Source of the DNA: an uncultured Planctomycetaceae bacterium
Lineage (GTDB): Bacteria > Planctomycetota > Planctomycetia > Isosphaerales > Isosphaeraceae
Reading direction: 5' to 3'
Assembly (NCBI GenBank): GCA_963833985.1
Contig: CAWIAD010000001.1
Span: 3,328,001 to 3,392,000 of the forward strand
DNA: 64,000 nucleotides
Position numbers and translations under genes: made by a program
Notes under the pieces: model-generated
What the model saw: only the letters and a program-made list of their open reading frames with translations
What the model was told of the DNA's origin: nothing
Databases searched by the model: none
Part shown: positions 23,094 through 32,944 of the stretch, in pieces
How positions within the stretch are numbered: position 1 is the first letter of the stretch
Layout: every line of letters begins with the position of its first letter

Positions 23094-23561
23094 ATGGGCT
23101 ACTGGGGCGTCCGGAGCTACGAGAACGACGACGCGGACGATGCCCTCGACGCCGGCTTCGAGGACGTCCACGGCGCGCTCTACGAGGAGCTGATGGACGA
23201 CCGCAACCCCCTGTCGCTCGAGCAGGTTCAGAAACGACTGGCCGATGCGCGCACCCTCTGCGCGGCCGTCGCGGCTCTGGAAGAGATGGTGGGCGCACCC
23301 TTCGGGCCAGACCTGGAAGCCTGGGACGACGCGGCCCGCCTGGCGCTGGCCGGGATCGTTGTCCGCCACGCCGAGTGCGGAGTGGCCATACCGGAACCGC
23401 TCCGTGCACGCGCCGTCGCCTGGCTGGAGAATGAGGCGATCGAGTGGGAGGAGGCCACGAAGCGGCAACTCCGGCGCGACAAGGAACTCTCGCTGCTGCG
23501 CAAGGCGCGGACTACAACAGCAGCGGGCGATGGGCCGTACCCAGCTTCGCCCGAGTCATGA
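23094..23561 (+). CDS. DUF4259-like hypothetical protein
   Basis: MGYWGVRSYENDDADD start matches the MG.WG...F.ND.A.D pattern. Confidence 0.6.
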   Translation: MGYWGVRSYENDDADDALDAGFEDVHGALYEELMDDRNPLSLEQVQKRLADARTLCAAVAALEEMVGAPFGPDLEAWDDAARLALAGIVVRHAECGVAIPEPLRARAVAWLENEAIEWEEATKRQLRRDKELSLLRKARTTTAAGDGPYPASPES

Positions 23562-23592
23562 TCTTCACACAGTGAACCAACAGGGAACCGCC

Positions 23593-23913
23593 ATGAGCAT
23601 CATCATCAAGGAGTCCCGCACCGGCACGGTACTGGCGCAGGGCGAGCCAGGAAATGACGTGATGAACTACGAAGGGAACCTTTATTTCGCGCCGTCGGCC
23701 GTGAACCAGCAATCGCTCAGGGTCACGGAACGGACCTACACGTGCCCGGTCAAGGGCACCTGCAACTGGGTCGATTTCGCTGCCGCGGACGGTGGCGTGG
23801 TGCGCGACGTGGCCTGGGTTTATCCGCGGGTCAAGCCGGGCCATGAGGCAATCCAGGGCCGATTCGGCTTCTACGCCGGGACCCGTGGAAGCACGCGTCA
23901 GGAGCAGGCATGA
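23593..23913 (+). CDS. DUF427 domain protein
   Basis: EGNLYF.P, TCPVKG.C.W, AWVYP. Confidence 0.8.
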   Translation: MSIIIKESRTGTVLAQGEPGNDVMNYEGNLYFAPSAVNQQSLRVTERTYTCPVKGTCNWVDFAAADGGVVRDVAWVYPRVKPGHEAIQGRFGFYAGTRGSTRQEQA

Positions 23914-24331
23914 ACGGTGCGCGGGTGCTGCCGGCGAGAGTCCGCAGCACCCCTCGATTTTTCCTGGAGGCAGTGCGTTTCGTACGTTATAGTCTTGGTA
24001 ACAGGTCGGGCTCTTGCGGTCCGGCCGCCGTCGGATCTCCTGGTCACCGGACCGGGGGCGGGCTGAGCTTGATTTTGGACCTTGCCGCGCACCAGCGGCT
24101 GCGATCGCAGCCTCCCACTCCCGGGCCAGCCACTGGCAAGTCCGGGCACGAGGCAATTGCACGATCGTCAGTCCTGTTGTCACACCTCCCGATCCCGGAC
24201 CTTTCGGACAAGCGGAAGCTGGCTCGCAGCGAGGCGATCCACCGCGGCGACGAAGGGTCCGGGCTGACGTTTTTCCGGCACCCCAGCAAACCGCTGGCCC
24301 GGCGGAATTGCCGGGGTGGGACGTGCGTGCG

Positions 24332-26145
24332 ATGACGCCTCCCTCACTCGCCGCAAGCCACGACCTACCGATCGATCCCGCACAGCCGCCCCTTGCGAGC
24401 GACAGCCGCAGCCGTCGCCGCCTCGTCACCGGCTGGTTGCTCGTCGCGGCTCTGCTTGCGCCGGTGACCGTTGCCATCTGGACTGTCCCGGGATTCTCCA
24501 CCCAGGACGGCCCGGCCCACCTGTACAACGCCTGGATCCTCGCGCACTCGTTCGACGCGGAATCTCCCTACCGGCCTTTTTTCCAGGTACACTGGCAACC
24601 CCTGCCGAACTGGGCGGGACACCTGGCCCTCGCGGTTCTTGTCCGCCTGGTCACGCCGGCCACGGCGGACCGGCTCATGATCACGGTCACCCTGCTGGGA
24701 TTTGCCGGCTCGCTGGTCTGGCTGCGCTGGCGGATCCGTGGGAGCGAGGCGCTCGCCGGAAGCTGCGTATTCATCGCCTGTCTGACGCCCAACTTCCTCT
24801 GGCTCATGGGATTCTCAAGCTTCCTGCTGGGCTGTTGCCTCTTTCCGATCACGATCGGCGTGTGGTGGGGCGGGCGCGATCGTCCGGGTGTAGCACGCAT
24901 GCTCAGCCTCGCGGCCCTGCTGGTGCTCGGGTACTTCTGCCACCTGGCAAGCCTGGGCCTGACGGTCATCGGCCTGGCGTTCCTTGCGGCCTTCGCGCCT
25001 CCGGAAGTCACCACCCCGAGGGCCTGGAGGTCGTGTGCATCACGGCTTTCCCGGACGGCCCTTTGCCTGGCCCCCTTGGTGGCGCTGCTCGTGGTTTACC
25101 TCCGGCTCTCGCGCCAGGGGGGACCCATGCAGCCGCACTGGCCGCATCTGGCAAGTCTTGGTGGACTCTCGGTCTGGACGGCCAGACTGGGCTGGGTGGA
25201 TCCGCTGACCCTTTCCAGGAAGGTGGCCCTGCCATTCACCGAGCGGACCAGCCCGACCTTCGCCATCCTCGCCCCGGTGCTCTGGCTCGGCATGGCCGGC
25301 CTCTCGTGCCTGGAGGCGAAAGTGATCAATCGCCTGGCGCGCTGGCAGCAGCGCTCGGCCCGTGGTGAACGGATTGACACCAGCGCGCCCGAACCCGCCG
25401 ACTCGACCCGGACCACCAGGCGGGTCTGGCTGGCCCTTGGCGTACTGTTCATTCTGGGCGGCGTTCTTGGCCCGGACTCGCTCGGACCGGGGCACGGTGA
25501 ATACCTGCCGCAGAGGCCATTCCTGCTTGGACTTGCGGCGCTGGTCCCGGCCCTGGATTTTCCCCGCGGTGCTCGATGGGGACGCCAGGCCATCGGCTGC
25601 CTGGGAATCGCGCTGGCACTCCAGACCGTCATCGTCTGGGATTACGCCTGGCATTGCCAGCGCACCGCGGCTCAGTTCCCCCGGGCGGCAGCCTTGGCCG
25701 GCCGGAACCAGCGGATCGCCCCACTGCTCACGGCCATCCGCAGCCGGTTCCGGGCCAATCCGCTCATGCATGCGGATTGCTGGCTCGGTATTGCCACCGG
25801 CAACATTCTCTGGAGCAACTACGAGACGCGCTACTACTACTTTCCGGTGCAGTTTCAGCCGGGCCTGGATCGCACCGACCCGAAGGATTACGAGTACCTC
25901 AGCCTGCTGTCCGACCCGCGCCCCGCGCCGAATGCGCGCGGCTGTGGGAACAGATCCTCACCCGCCACCACGCGTCGATTGACCGGGTCGTGGCCTGGAA
26001 ACGGCAGCCTCTGCTCGACGCGATCACGGCACGCTGGTATGACCTGGTGGCGACGGAGGGCGACGTGCGAATCTTCGCGCGCCGCCCAGTGGCCGCGCCA
26101 GAAGCTTCTCAACGAGGTGGCGAAACGACAACCGCTACAAAGTGA
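24332..26145 (+). CDS. Multi-TM membrane protein, GT-C-like; frameshift near 25925
   Basis: TQDGPAHLYNA, PLPNW, MGF.SF, FCHL, WSNYE; C-terminus continues in the frame of ORF 25576..26145. Confidence 0.65.
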
Positions 26146-26176
26146 TCGGGAGGCGAAGAATTACCCCCGCCCGCGG

Positions 26177-26635
26177 CTAGCCTTTCTTCGCCTTCTTCAA
26201 CTCGAAGAGATACACCTCGTCGGGCACCGGCTCGAAATCCTTGGGCCGGTCATGACCGGGCATGGAAACCGAGATCACCAGCTTCTCGCCTTCCAGCTTG
26301 TAGATCGCCTTGCCAGTCTTGCCCTTGGACTCCTCGGGACCTTCCGAGATGGCAATATCCAGCGTGGAATGCGGCTTGGCGTGGTCGTCCAGTTTCACCT
26401 TGCCGACATACTCCATCCCGTTGACGTTTACTTCAACCGTCTCGCCCTTGAACGTCCACTTGGCGTCCAGTGGGTCATTTTCTGACGTTGCCCAGGTTCC
26501 CTGGATTGCCTTGAGCGCCGGCGAATCGGCCGACTCGTCCGCGGCAGCACTGAGGGGGGCCAGTCCCGCGGTCGCTGCCAGCAAGGCCAGGGTGCATCCG
26601 AGAGCAAACCCAAAGAGGCGATTTGTCACTACCAT
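26177..26635 (-). CDS. Planctomycete TIGR03067-domain exported protein
   Basis: Signal peptide; IQGTW, KP..LDI, GKAIYKLEGEKL.I, RPKDF. Confidence 0.8.
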   Translation of the reverse strand: MVVTNRLFGFALGCTLALLAATAGLAPLSAAADESADSPALKAIQGTWATSENDPLDAKWTFKGETVEVNVNGMEYVGKVKLDDHAKPHSTLDIAISEGPEESKGKTGKAIYKLEGEKLVISVSMPGHDRPKDFEPVPDEVYLFELKKAKKG

Positions 26636-26989
26636 GGTCAGGTTCTCTTGTTGTGGGACGTCCACCGGACGATGATCTGTTCCAGTTCCGGTCACCGGCG
26701 CTTCAACCATTGAAAGCGGCGGAGCTTGTGGACCAGCGAATTGAATCATTTCCTCGGCGCACCTGCAAGGGAGTCTTCCGCCAGGGATACCAGGGCGCTT
26801 ATAATTGGGCGATTGCACCGCAGTATCGTTTCGTCACAGTCTGCCCGGAGCCGCGGGTTCGCTGTTCAGGCCTCCGGGCCACGACCCGGTTGGCCCTATC
26901 AAAGGGAATCGCTGGATCGCCATCGGACGCGGACAGGTAGTGGACCTCTTGAAGGCTGGCATGGGCGCAGGGAGGAATCTCTACCGATC

Positions 26990-27964
26990 ATGAGCGGGGC
27001 AGAGCGAATATCAGCTCGGGTCATGCAGGCGCGGCGCATCATGCTTGCCGTCGGGCTGGCACTGCTTGTCTCGGTCGGCGATCACGCCTGCCGGAGCGAC
27101 GAACCCGACCCCGATACCGCGACGACAGCCGGGCACATCGTCAAGCCGCAGGCTGCGGTCCCGTCCACTGGTCCCCGACCGCCTGACGCGGTCCGGGAAT
27201 CGGACAACTGGACGTTTCGCGCCACGGTCCTGGTACGCCGTGGAACGTCCCAGGGATCCGGCACCATCATCGCATCGCTCGACGGCGAGACGCTGGTCCT
27301 CACCGCCGCGCACGTGATCCGTGGCCGCGGTCCGACGACCGTGGAGCTGCACCGGTACAACCTGGGCATCGAGCGCCAGCCCGCCCTGCCCGGGCTCTGG
27401 CCGCGTAAGGTCCCAGCCGAGACGGTGATCTCCGACGGAGTTTCGGACCTGGCCATCCTCCGGCTCCGCAACCTGATCACACTTCCTTACGTGGCGCGGC
27501 TGGGGCGGGACGAGCAAGAGGTCGCGCCGGACACGGGGCTGGTCTCGGTGGGGATCGACCTGGGAACCAAGCTCTCGAGCTGGAAGACCCGGCTCGTGGA
27601 GGTTCTCTGGTTCGAGCTCAATGACAGCGGGACCGACCGGCCGTTTCTCGTCACCGCGCGGATTCCGGAACACGGACGCTCGGGCGGCGGGCTTTTCGAC
27701 ACCGAGGGGACCCTCGTGGGCGTCTGCGTGGGCCATGCCGAGCTGGTCAAGGGGCGCCGCATGGGGGTCTTTTCCTCCGTCGAAAGCCTTCGCCAGTTGC
27801 TTCGCGAGCATGCACTGCTGTCGATCGTTGAGCAGTCCGACGCACGGCATGCGCGCTCGGCGCTGCGATACAGAGAGCCGCCGGGTCATCGGCCTGCGCG
27901 GCCCGCGCCTTCTGACGTCACGACCACGGGAGCCCGGCAGGACCCTGTCTTGAGCCGGCCCTGA
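26990..27964 (+). CDS. Trypsin-like serine protease
   Basis: GSGTII, LTAAHV, DLAIL, GRSGGGLF triad motifs. Confidence 0.85.
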   Translation: MSGAERISARVMQARRIMLAVGLALLVSVGDHACRSDEPDPDTATTAGHIVKPQAAVPSTGPRPPDAVRESDNWTFRATVLVRRGTSQGSGTIIASLDGETLVLTAAHVIRGRGPTTVELHRYNLGIERQPALPGLWPRKVPAETVISDGVSDLAILRLRNLITLPYVARLGRDEQEVAPDTGLVSVGIDLGTKLSSWKTRLVEVLWFELNDSGTDRPFLVTARIPEHGRSGGGLFDTEGTLVGVCVGHAELVKGRRMGVFSSVESLRQLLREHALLSIVEQSDARHARSALRYREPPGHRPARPAPSDVTTTGARQDPVLSRP

Positions 27965-27973
27965 AGGGGTGCC

Positions 27974-28417
27974 CTACTGGCGACGGGACGGCACCCGTAT
28001 CAGCATGACCAGGAAAACCGCGGCGAGGATGCCGAAGATGACCATGCTGTGAGGGCTGTGCTCCAGCCAGGCGAGCAGCAACAGCAGGCCGGACACGAAG
28101 AGCCCCGTGGAGATGATCAGCCGGGCGGGACTTGAAGCCTGGGAGGCCTGCACCGCGGCCTTGATGCGTGCGGTCGTTTCGTCCGCCGTGCCAGCCGTGC
28201 TGGCGAGCTGTGGCTCGGGCTGGTGACCGTTCTGCCCCACCGCCGGAGCCACCGCGCGGCGTTGCCTCCGGCGTCTGGTGGAACGCTCCGGAGGCAGCCA
28301 AGGCAGGCCGCACTCCGGACACAGCATCCAGCCTCCCCACGGCTTCCCTGCATCTACAAGACTCGCATGGCAGTGAGGGCAGGAGAGGACTGAAGGCACG
28401 ATGATCTCGGTGCTCAT
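27974..28417 (-). CDS. Small membrane protein with N-terminal zinc-ribbon
   Basis: CPHC...CPEC followed by two C-terminal hydrophobic helices. Confidence 0.6.
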   Translation of the reverse strand: MSTEIIVPSVLSCPHCHASLVDAGKPWGGWMLCPECGLPWLPPERSTRRRRQRRAVAPAVGQNGHQPEPQLASTAGTADETTARIKAAVQASQASSPARLIISTGLFVSGLLLLLAWLEHSPHSMVIFGILAAVFLVMLIRVPSRRQ

Positions 28418-28560
28418 GAACAGGCTCCCTTACGGTCCGATCGAGCTTCATGCATCGAGGAAGCCGGGTGATAACAAATCGCTTCCCATTTTATCCACCC
28501 ATCCTGTCTGCCTCACTCAATCCTCCTCGAATCCCTCCGACGCTCGCGTGGGTGTTCAGA

Positions 28561-28908
28561 TCAGATGCCCAAGAGAACTCGCAGGCGATATTCGATCTTT
28601 TCCATGATCTCGGGCGAAACCATCCCACGTCGTCGAGTCATTCGTTCGAGTGAGATCGACCGCATCGCCTCGCACATCGCGAAACTCCGCGTTTTGCATC
28701 CGCCTTCACCGGCTTCGATCGTGACCCATGATCGGATGTTCCTGTTCTTCGATGTTATTGGCACGACGAGCACGAGGCCGCTCGGACCCTGGTTGAACTC
28801 GTTCACTGAGACGACCAGAGCCGGGCGTTTCCCACCTTGCTCGTGACCGAGGACCGGATTCAACTCGACGTCCCATACCTCACCACGGACTGGCTTATCA
28901 TGAACCAT
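28561..28908 (-). CDS. Type II toxin, PemK/MazF family
   Basis: RGEVWDVELNPVLGHEQGGKRPALVVS, VVPITS. Confidence 0.92.
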   Translation of the reverse strand: MVHDKPVRGEVWDVELNPVLGHEQGGKRPALVVSVNEFNQGPSGLVLVVPITSKNRNIRSWVTIEAGEGGCKTRSFAMCEAMRSISLERMTRRRGMVSPEIMEKIEYRLRVLLGI

Positions 28909-28913
28909 CTAGG

Positions 28914-29165
28914 CTATTCCTGAAGGCCATCGGAGAGCGTGGCGTCCCATGCTTTCCTTTCCTGTTGTTCTTCCTCCCAGGCAGCTCGATTCTGTCGCAA
29001 GGCGGCAAAGTCTCCATTCAGGCCAGCAAGAAAGCTCGACCGCTGGTAAGCCTCGATTGCCTTGTCCAGAACTTCCGTCATGGACACGTCAGCCTCTTCG
29101 GCCAGCGAACGGAGTACCGCATGAGCGGAACGCGTGATGCGCACAGTGAGGCTTTCGTTCGTCAT
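28914..29165 (-). CDS. Cognate antitoxin (RHH-like N-terminus, acidic C-terminus)
   Basis: 83-aa ORF 5 nt upstream of the toxin; TVRIT..AH..L..LA, W....DGL end. Confidence 0.8.
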   Translation of the reverse strand: MTNESLTVRITRSAHAVLRSLAEEADVSMTEVLDKAIEAYQRSSFLAGLNGDFAALRQNRAAWEEEQQERKAWDATLSDGLQE

Positions 29166-29754
29166 GAGATTCTCTCCGCGACGTATGCGCGGAGCGTCCT
29201 TTCCAGATCTTGCTTGCCTTGGTTCGTTGCGACCACTGGCTATAACGGATCGACCGAGTTTTCAGCGCCCCTCGTATGCCCGGCCTGTCTACAGTATAGT
29301 ATACGTCAGCGCCGACAGAAACCACGACAGAATCTTGGACCCAAGCGTTTCGCGGCGGGTCAGAACGTGAGCACCCTCAAGTCGCGGTCGAAGGATCGAA
29401 CGGGCTCGGCTGGTCACCAGCCCACGACGCTGGCGAGAATACAGGCTCGCGAGCACGCAGTCGCGGGTTCCGTAGAGCCTTGAGCTCCCTGACGAGATGC
29501 CGTTTGGAGTGACCCCAGGCCGGTGCAGCGGACGGTGCCACGGGCTGGACTGGAGCAGGCGATACCCGGGCGTGGGCAAGGAGATTCTGAGCTTAACCTG
29601 GGTAGCGGGGAAAGTTAGACTCCGGATGGTGGATGGGCGTCTGGCGGGTCGGCCCAATGCAACCGTGCACCGGCCCGCACGCGCGCGATCCGGGAATGCG
29701 GCCGCGACCCTCGGGCGGCAGCTTCCACCTCATGCTGATCTCGAAAGGAAGACC

Positions 29755-31365
29755 ATGCCGCAGGTTCCCAAGAGGGCGTACCTCGCCGTTTCTCTGGCTC
29801 TGGCGGTGCTCGCTTACGTCGGCTGCACGAACTCGTCACCGCCGGCCGGGGCACGCGCGCCTGCCAGTTCGGGCTCGAACCCGGCGGCACCCACTGCGGG
29901 TAAGGCCAGCGCCCACGCGGGGAAGCTGCTGGCTGACTGGTCTACACCGCGGGGCGTACTGATCATCTCGGGGCAGATGGACGGGTACCTGGAACCCTGC
30001 GGCTGCACGCAGGGACAGCAGGGCGGTCTCATTCGACGGTACGATTTCGTGGAACGGCTGAAGGCCCAGAAGTGGCCCGTGGCGCTGGTGGACCTGGGTA
30101 GCCTGATCAAGGATCCCGCGGCCGCGCGGGGCGGGTTCGAGCAGGCCAAGATCAAGTTCGCCACCGCGCTGAAGGCGTTCAGCACGCTCAAATATGACGC
30201 GATTGCATTGAGCGCGGAGGACCTCAAGGTCGGGATCGGCGAGGCGTTCGCCCAGTTCCTCAACGGCCTGGGCGATACGACGAAGATCCTCACGGCCAAC
30301 GTTCAGGCGGCTCCCGGGTTCGAGTCGCGGATCCAGGCCAGCCAGATCATCTCGGCGGGCGATGTGAAGCTAGGGGTGACGGCGGTCACCGATCCCGAGG
30401 CGATCGCGAAGCTGAACGATCCCGACAAGGCCGAACTGCTACCGGTCGTCAAGCGTCCCGACGAGGTGCTAAGCCCGATCCTCGCCGATCTGGAGGGCAA
30501 GAGCGAGTACCAGGTGCTGCTGGTGCAGGGTCCGCCCGAGCTGGCCCGGCGCCTGGCCACGGCCTACCCGGGGTTCGATGTGGTGGTGTCGACGTCCCAG
30601 TTCGCCGACCCGCTGGACCGCGAACCGCTCTCGCTGAATGGCGGCAAAACCATGCTGGTGACCGTGGGCCGGCGCGGGAAGTACGTGGGAGCGATCGGGT
30701 TCTTCAGCGACGGCGACCGCAGCATGCGGTTCTATCCGGTCACCCTCGACCACAAGTACGACGGCCCGGGAACCGAGGTAAAAAAGGTAATCGAGGATGA
30801 GTACCGGGCCATGCTCAAGGGGGCGGGCGTGGTCGAGAGCTTCCCACGCCACGACTACGCCGGGGGGACGGCCGGCGCCCTGTTCGTCGGGGCGGAGACC
30901 TGCCGCCAGTGCCATCCCAACACCTTCGCGAGGTGGTCCACGACCAAGCACGCCCAGGCTTTTGCCGCCCTGGAAAAGGACGCTCGGCCTGACACCATCT
31001 ACGACGCCGAATGCATCAGTTGCCACACGACTGGCTTCGAGTACAACTCGGGCTGGAAGTCCGCGGCCGCGACACCGCACCTCAAGGGCAACCAGTGCGA
31101 GAACTGCCACGGGCCGGGGTCCAAGCATGTCTCTGCCCCCGATAACCTGGCGTTTCGCGCTCCGCTCAAGCTCTCGGCCGAGGTGGCGAACAAGAACGGG
31201 CTGTGCACCCACTGCCACGATGAGGACAACGCGCCGAAGTTCGAATTCGTCAAGGACTGGAGCCAGATCGTCCACAAGGGTCTGGACGATTACAAGGACC
31301 CCAAGGTGCACCAGGGCATCGCGGCCCGGGTGGCGCGGTCGGCGGCATCGAGCGCCGAGAAATGA
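29755..31365 (+). CDS. Lipoprotein with metallophosphoesterase/5'-nucleotidase-like domain fused to a tetraheme c554-like cytochrome domain
   Basis: Lipobox AYVGC; GYLEPCGC..Q.GG..RR, VDLG; four CXXCH motifs (CRQCH, CISCH, CENCH, CTHCH). Confidence 0.85.
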   Translation: MPQVPKRAYLAVSLALAVLAYVGCTNSSPPAGARAPASSGSNPAAPTAGKASAHAGKLLADWSTPRGVLIISGQMDGYLEPCGCTQGQQGGLIRRYDFVERLKAQKWPVALVDLGSLIKDPAAARGGFEQAKIKFATALKAFSTLKYDAIALSAEDLKVGIGEAFAQFLNGLGDTTKILTANVQAAPGFESRIQASQIISAGDVKLGVTAVTDPEAIAKLNDPDKAELLPVVKRPDEVLSPILADLEGKSEYQVLLVQGPPELARRLATAYPGFDVVVSTSQFADPLDREPLSLNGGKTMLVTVGRRGKYVGAIGFFSDGDRSMRFYPVTLDHKYDGPGTEVKKVIEDEYRAMLKGAGVVESFPRHDYAGGTAGALFVGAETCRQCHPNTFARWSTTKHAQAFAALEKDARPDTIYDAECISCHTTGFEYNSGWKSAAATPHLKGNQCENCHGPGSKHVSAPDNLAFRAPLKLSAEVANKNGLCTHCHDEDNAPKFEFVKDWSQIVHKGLDDYKDPKVHQGIAARVARSAASSAEK

Positions 31366-31393
31366 ATCTCCGACCCGAAAAGGAATTCCGCTC

Positions 31394-31756
31394 GTGAGCA
31401 ACCTGGAATCGCCGGCCGGTCCGATCCTCGAGGTCAGCGAAGGCTCCGCATTCGACCGGCTGGTCGCCCGCTACCGCGAGGACCATCGCAACCCGGTCAA
31501 CCACGTTTTGCATGTGGGTGTCGGCTGGCCCATCATGGCTCTGGCCGTACTGCTCGTGCCGTTTCGCCCGCCCTGGTCGCTCGGCCTGTTCGTGCTCTCG
31601 TACGCGATCATGTGGTTTGGCCATTTCGTCTTCGAGCGCAACCTGCCCACCGTGTTCCGGCATCCCACCACCCCGTTCGTCATCGCCTGGGCCGTGATCC
31701 GCAACCTTTGCCGGCGGGTGCTGGGCCACAAACGGAGGAACGAACGGGGGGAGTGA
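31394..31756 (+). CDS. DUF962/Mpo1-like membrane protein
   Basis: YREDHRNPVNHVLH..G.P, GHFVFE.N.P. Confidence 0.8.
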   Translation: MSNLESPAGPILEVSEGSAFDRLVARYREDHRNPVNHVLHVGVGWPIMALAVLLVPFRPPWSLGLFVLSYAIMWFGHFVFERNLPTVFRHPTTPFVIAWAVIRNLCRRVLGHKRRNERGE

Positions 31757-31787
31757 ACCAGTAAAGAATGGCGGAAGACGGGAGTGT

Positions 31788-31819
31788 GAACCACAAAGGA
31801 CACGAAGAGCACCAAGGGA
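31788..31819 (+). repeat. Upstream copy of the ~32-bp GxxExxY-flanking repeat
   Basis: gaaccacaaaggacacgaagagcaccaaggga; its reverse complement recurs at 32271-32302, 32365-32396 and, degenerate, 32448-32477. Confidence 0.8.
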
Positions 31820-31865
31820 TGCAAGAAAGAATGATCGAGAAGGAGAGAAGGGGCGAGGGAGGAGC

Positions 31866-32255
31866 ATGAACTGGGAACCGATCGGGGAGGGCGATGAGGC
31901 ACTCGGTCATCGGGTGATCGGTGCGGCAATCGAGGTTCACCGGGTGCTGGGTCAGGGATTTCTCGAGTCGATCTATCACAAGGCGATGGAGTACGAGTTG
32001 ACGACCGCGGGGCTTTCCGTCGAGCGAGAGAAAGAAATCCAGGTGCCGTACAAGAGGATCCAGATCTCGGGTCAACGGCTGGATCTGGTGGTTGGCGGGC
32101 GCATCATCGTGGAGCTCAAGACCGTCGACTCGATAGCGCCCATCCATGAGGCCCAGTTGCTCTCATACCTCAAAACCACCGGGTTACGGCTTGGGTTCTT
32201 GCTCAACTTCCGAATACCCGTTCTCAAGGACGGGATCCGGCGGTTGGTCCATTGA
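31866..32255 (+). CDS. GxxExxY protein (PD-(D/E)xK nuclease-like family)
   Basis: IGAAIEVHRVLGQGFLESIY, RLDLVV...IIVELK, HEAQLLSYLK...LGFLLNF. Confidence 0.92.
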   Translation: MNWEPIGEGDEALGHRVIGAAIEVHRVLGQGFLESIYHKAMEYELTTAGLSVEREKEIQVPYKRIQISGQRLDLVVGGRIIVELKTVDSIAPIHEAQLLSYLKTTGLRLGFLLNFRIPVLKDGIRRLVH

Positions 32256-32270
32256 GCCGTATTCCCTCCA

Positions 32271-32477
32271 TTCCTTCGTGATCTTCGTACCCCTTGTGGT
32301 TCCACCCCCTCTTCCCCATGATTCACGCAACGTGCCTGCCTGTTCCTCGAGGCGTATTCTTGGATTCCTTCGTGATCTTCGTGCCCTTTGTGGTTTCAAT
32401 CATCTTCCTGGTTCTTCGCCCGCGTGGCTCGCTGCCCGAGGCATGATCTCTCGACGTCCTTGATCCCTTCGTGGTTC
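32271..32477 (-). repeat. Three downstream inverted copies of the GxxExxY-flanking repeat
   Basis: ttccttcgtgatcttcgtaccccttgtggttc (32271), ttccttcgtgatcttcgtgccctttgtggttt (32365), ...tccttgatcccttcgtggttc (to 32477). Confidence 0.8.
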
Positions 32478-32570
32478 AATCCCTCCTGGCATTTTGCGGC
32501 GGTTGCGGGCACAATCGAGTTCCTGACAGAACGACGTGAAAGACAGACAGCCAGCGAGGGTTGTTCAACG

Positions 32571-32909
32571 ATGGCCGATGTGATCAGCTACGATGATTTC
32601 GCCAAGCTGGAGCTGCGCATCGCGAAGGTTCTCGAGGCGCGGCCCCACCCCAACGCCGACAAGCTCCTGCTCTTGCAGGTAGACCTGGGTGACGAGCAAA
32701 AGCAGATCGTGGCGGGGCTGCGGCAGCATTACACGCCCGAGCAGCTCAGCGGCAAGCTCATCGTCATCGTCAACAACCTGGCGCCCGCGATGCTGCGCGG
32801 CGAGACTTCCAATGGCATGCTGCTGGCGGCCACCTCGGGTGACAAAGTCATCGTGCTGACTCCCGACGACCCCGACTGCGCCGCCCGGGTCGAAGGTCAA
32901 GTGAGCTGA
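32571..32909 (+). CDS. Stand-alone tRNA-binding OB-fold protein (MetRS C-terminal/Trbp111/CsaA-like)
   Basis: ISYDDFAKLELR, HPNADKLL...VDLG, QIVAG, NLAP..LRG..S.GMLLAA. Confidence 0.88.
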   Translation: MADVISYDDFAKLELRIAKVLEARPHPNADKLLLLQVDLGDEQKQIVAGLRQHYTPEQLSGKLIVIVNNLAPAMLRGETSNGMLLAATSGDKVIVLTPDDPDCAARVEGQVS

Positions 32910-32944
32910 CAGCAGGTGCATCGGGACCGCGAAGCGAAGACGGC

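Noticed and set aside
28561..29165. MazF-type TA pair as a marker of a mobile element
   Set aside because: No integrase, transposase or att-like repeats nearby; an ordinary chromosomal TA module
32271..32477. GxxExxY downstream repeats as a mini CRISPR array
   Set aside because: Copies are degenerate, spacers are ~50-60 nt, an inverted copy lies upstream and no cas genes are present
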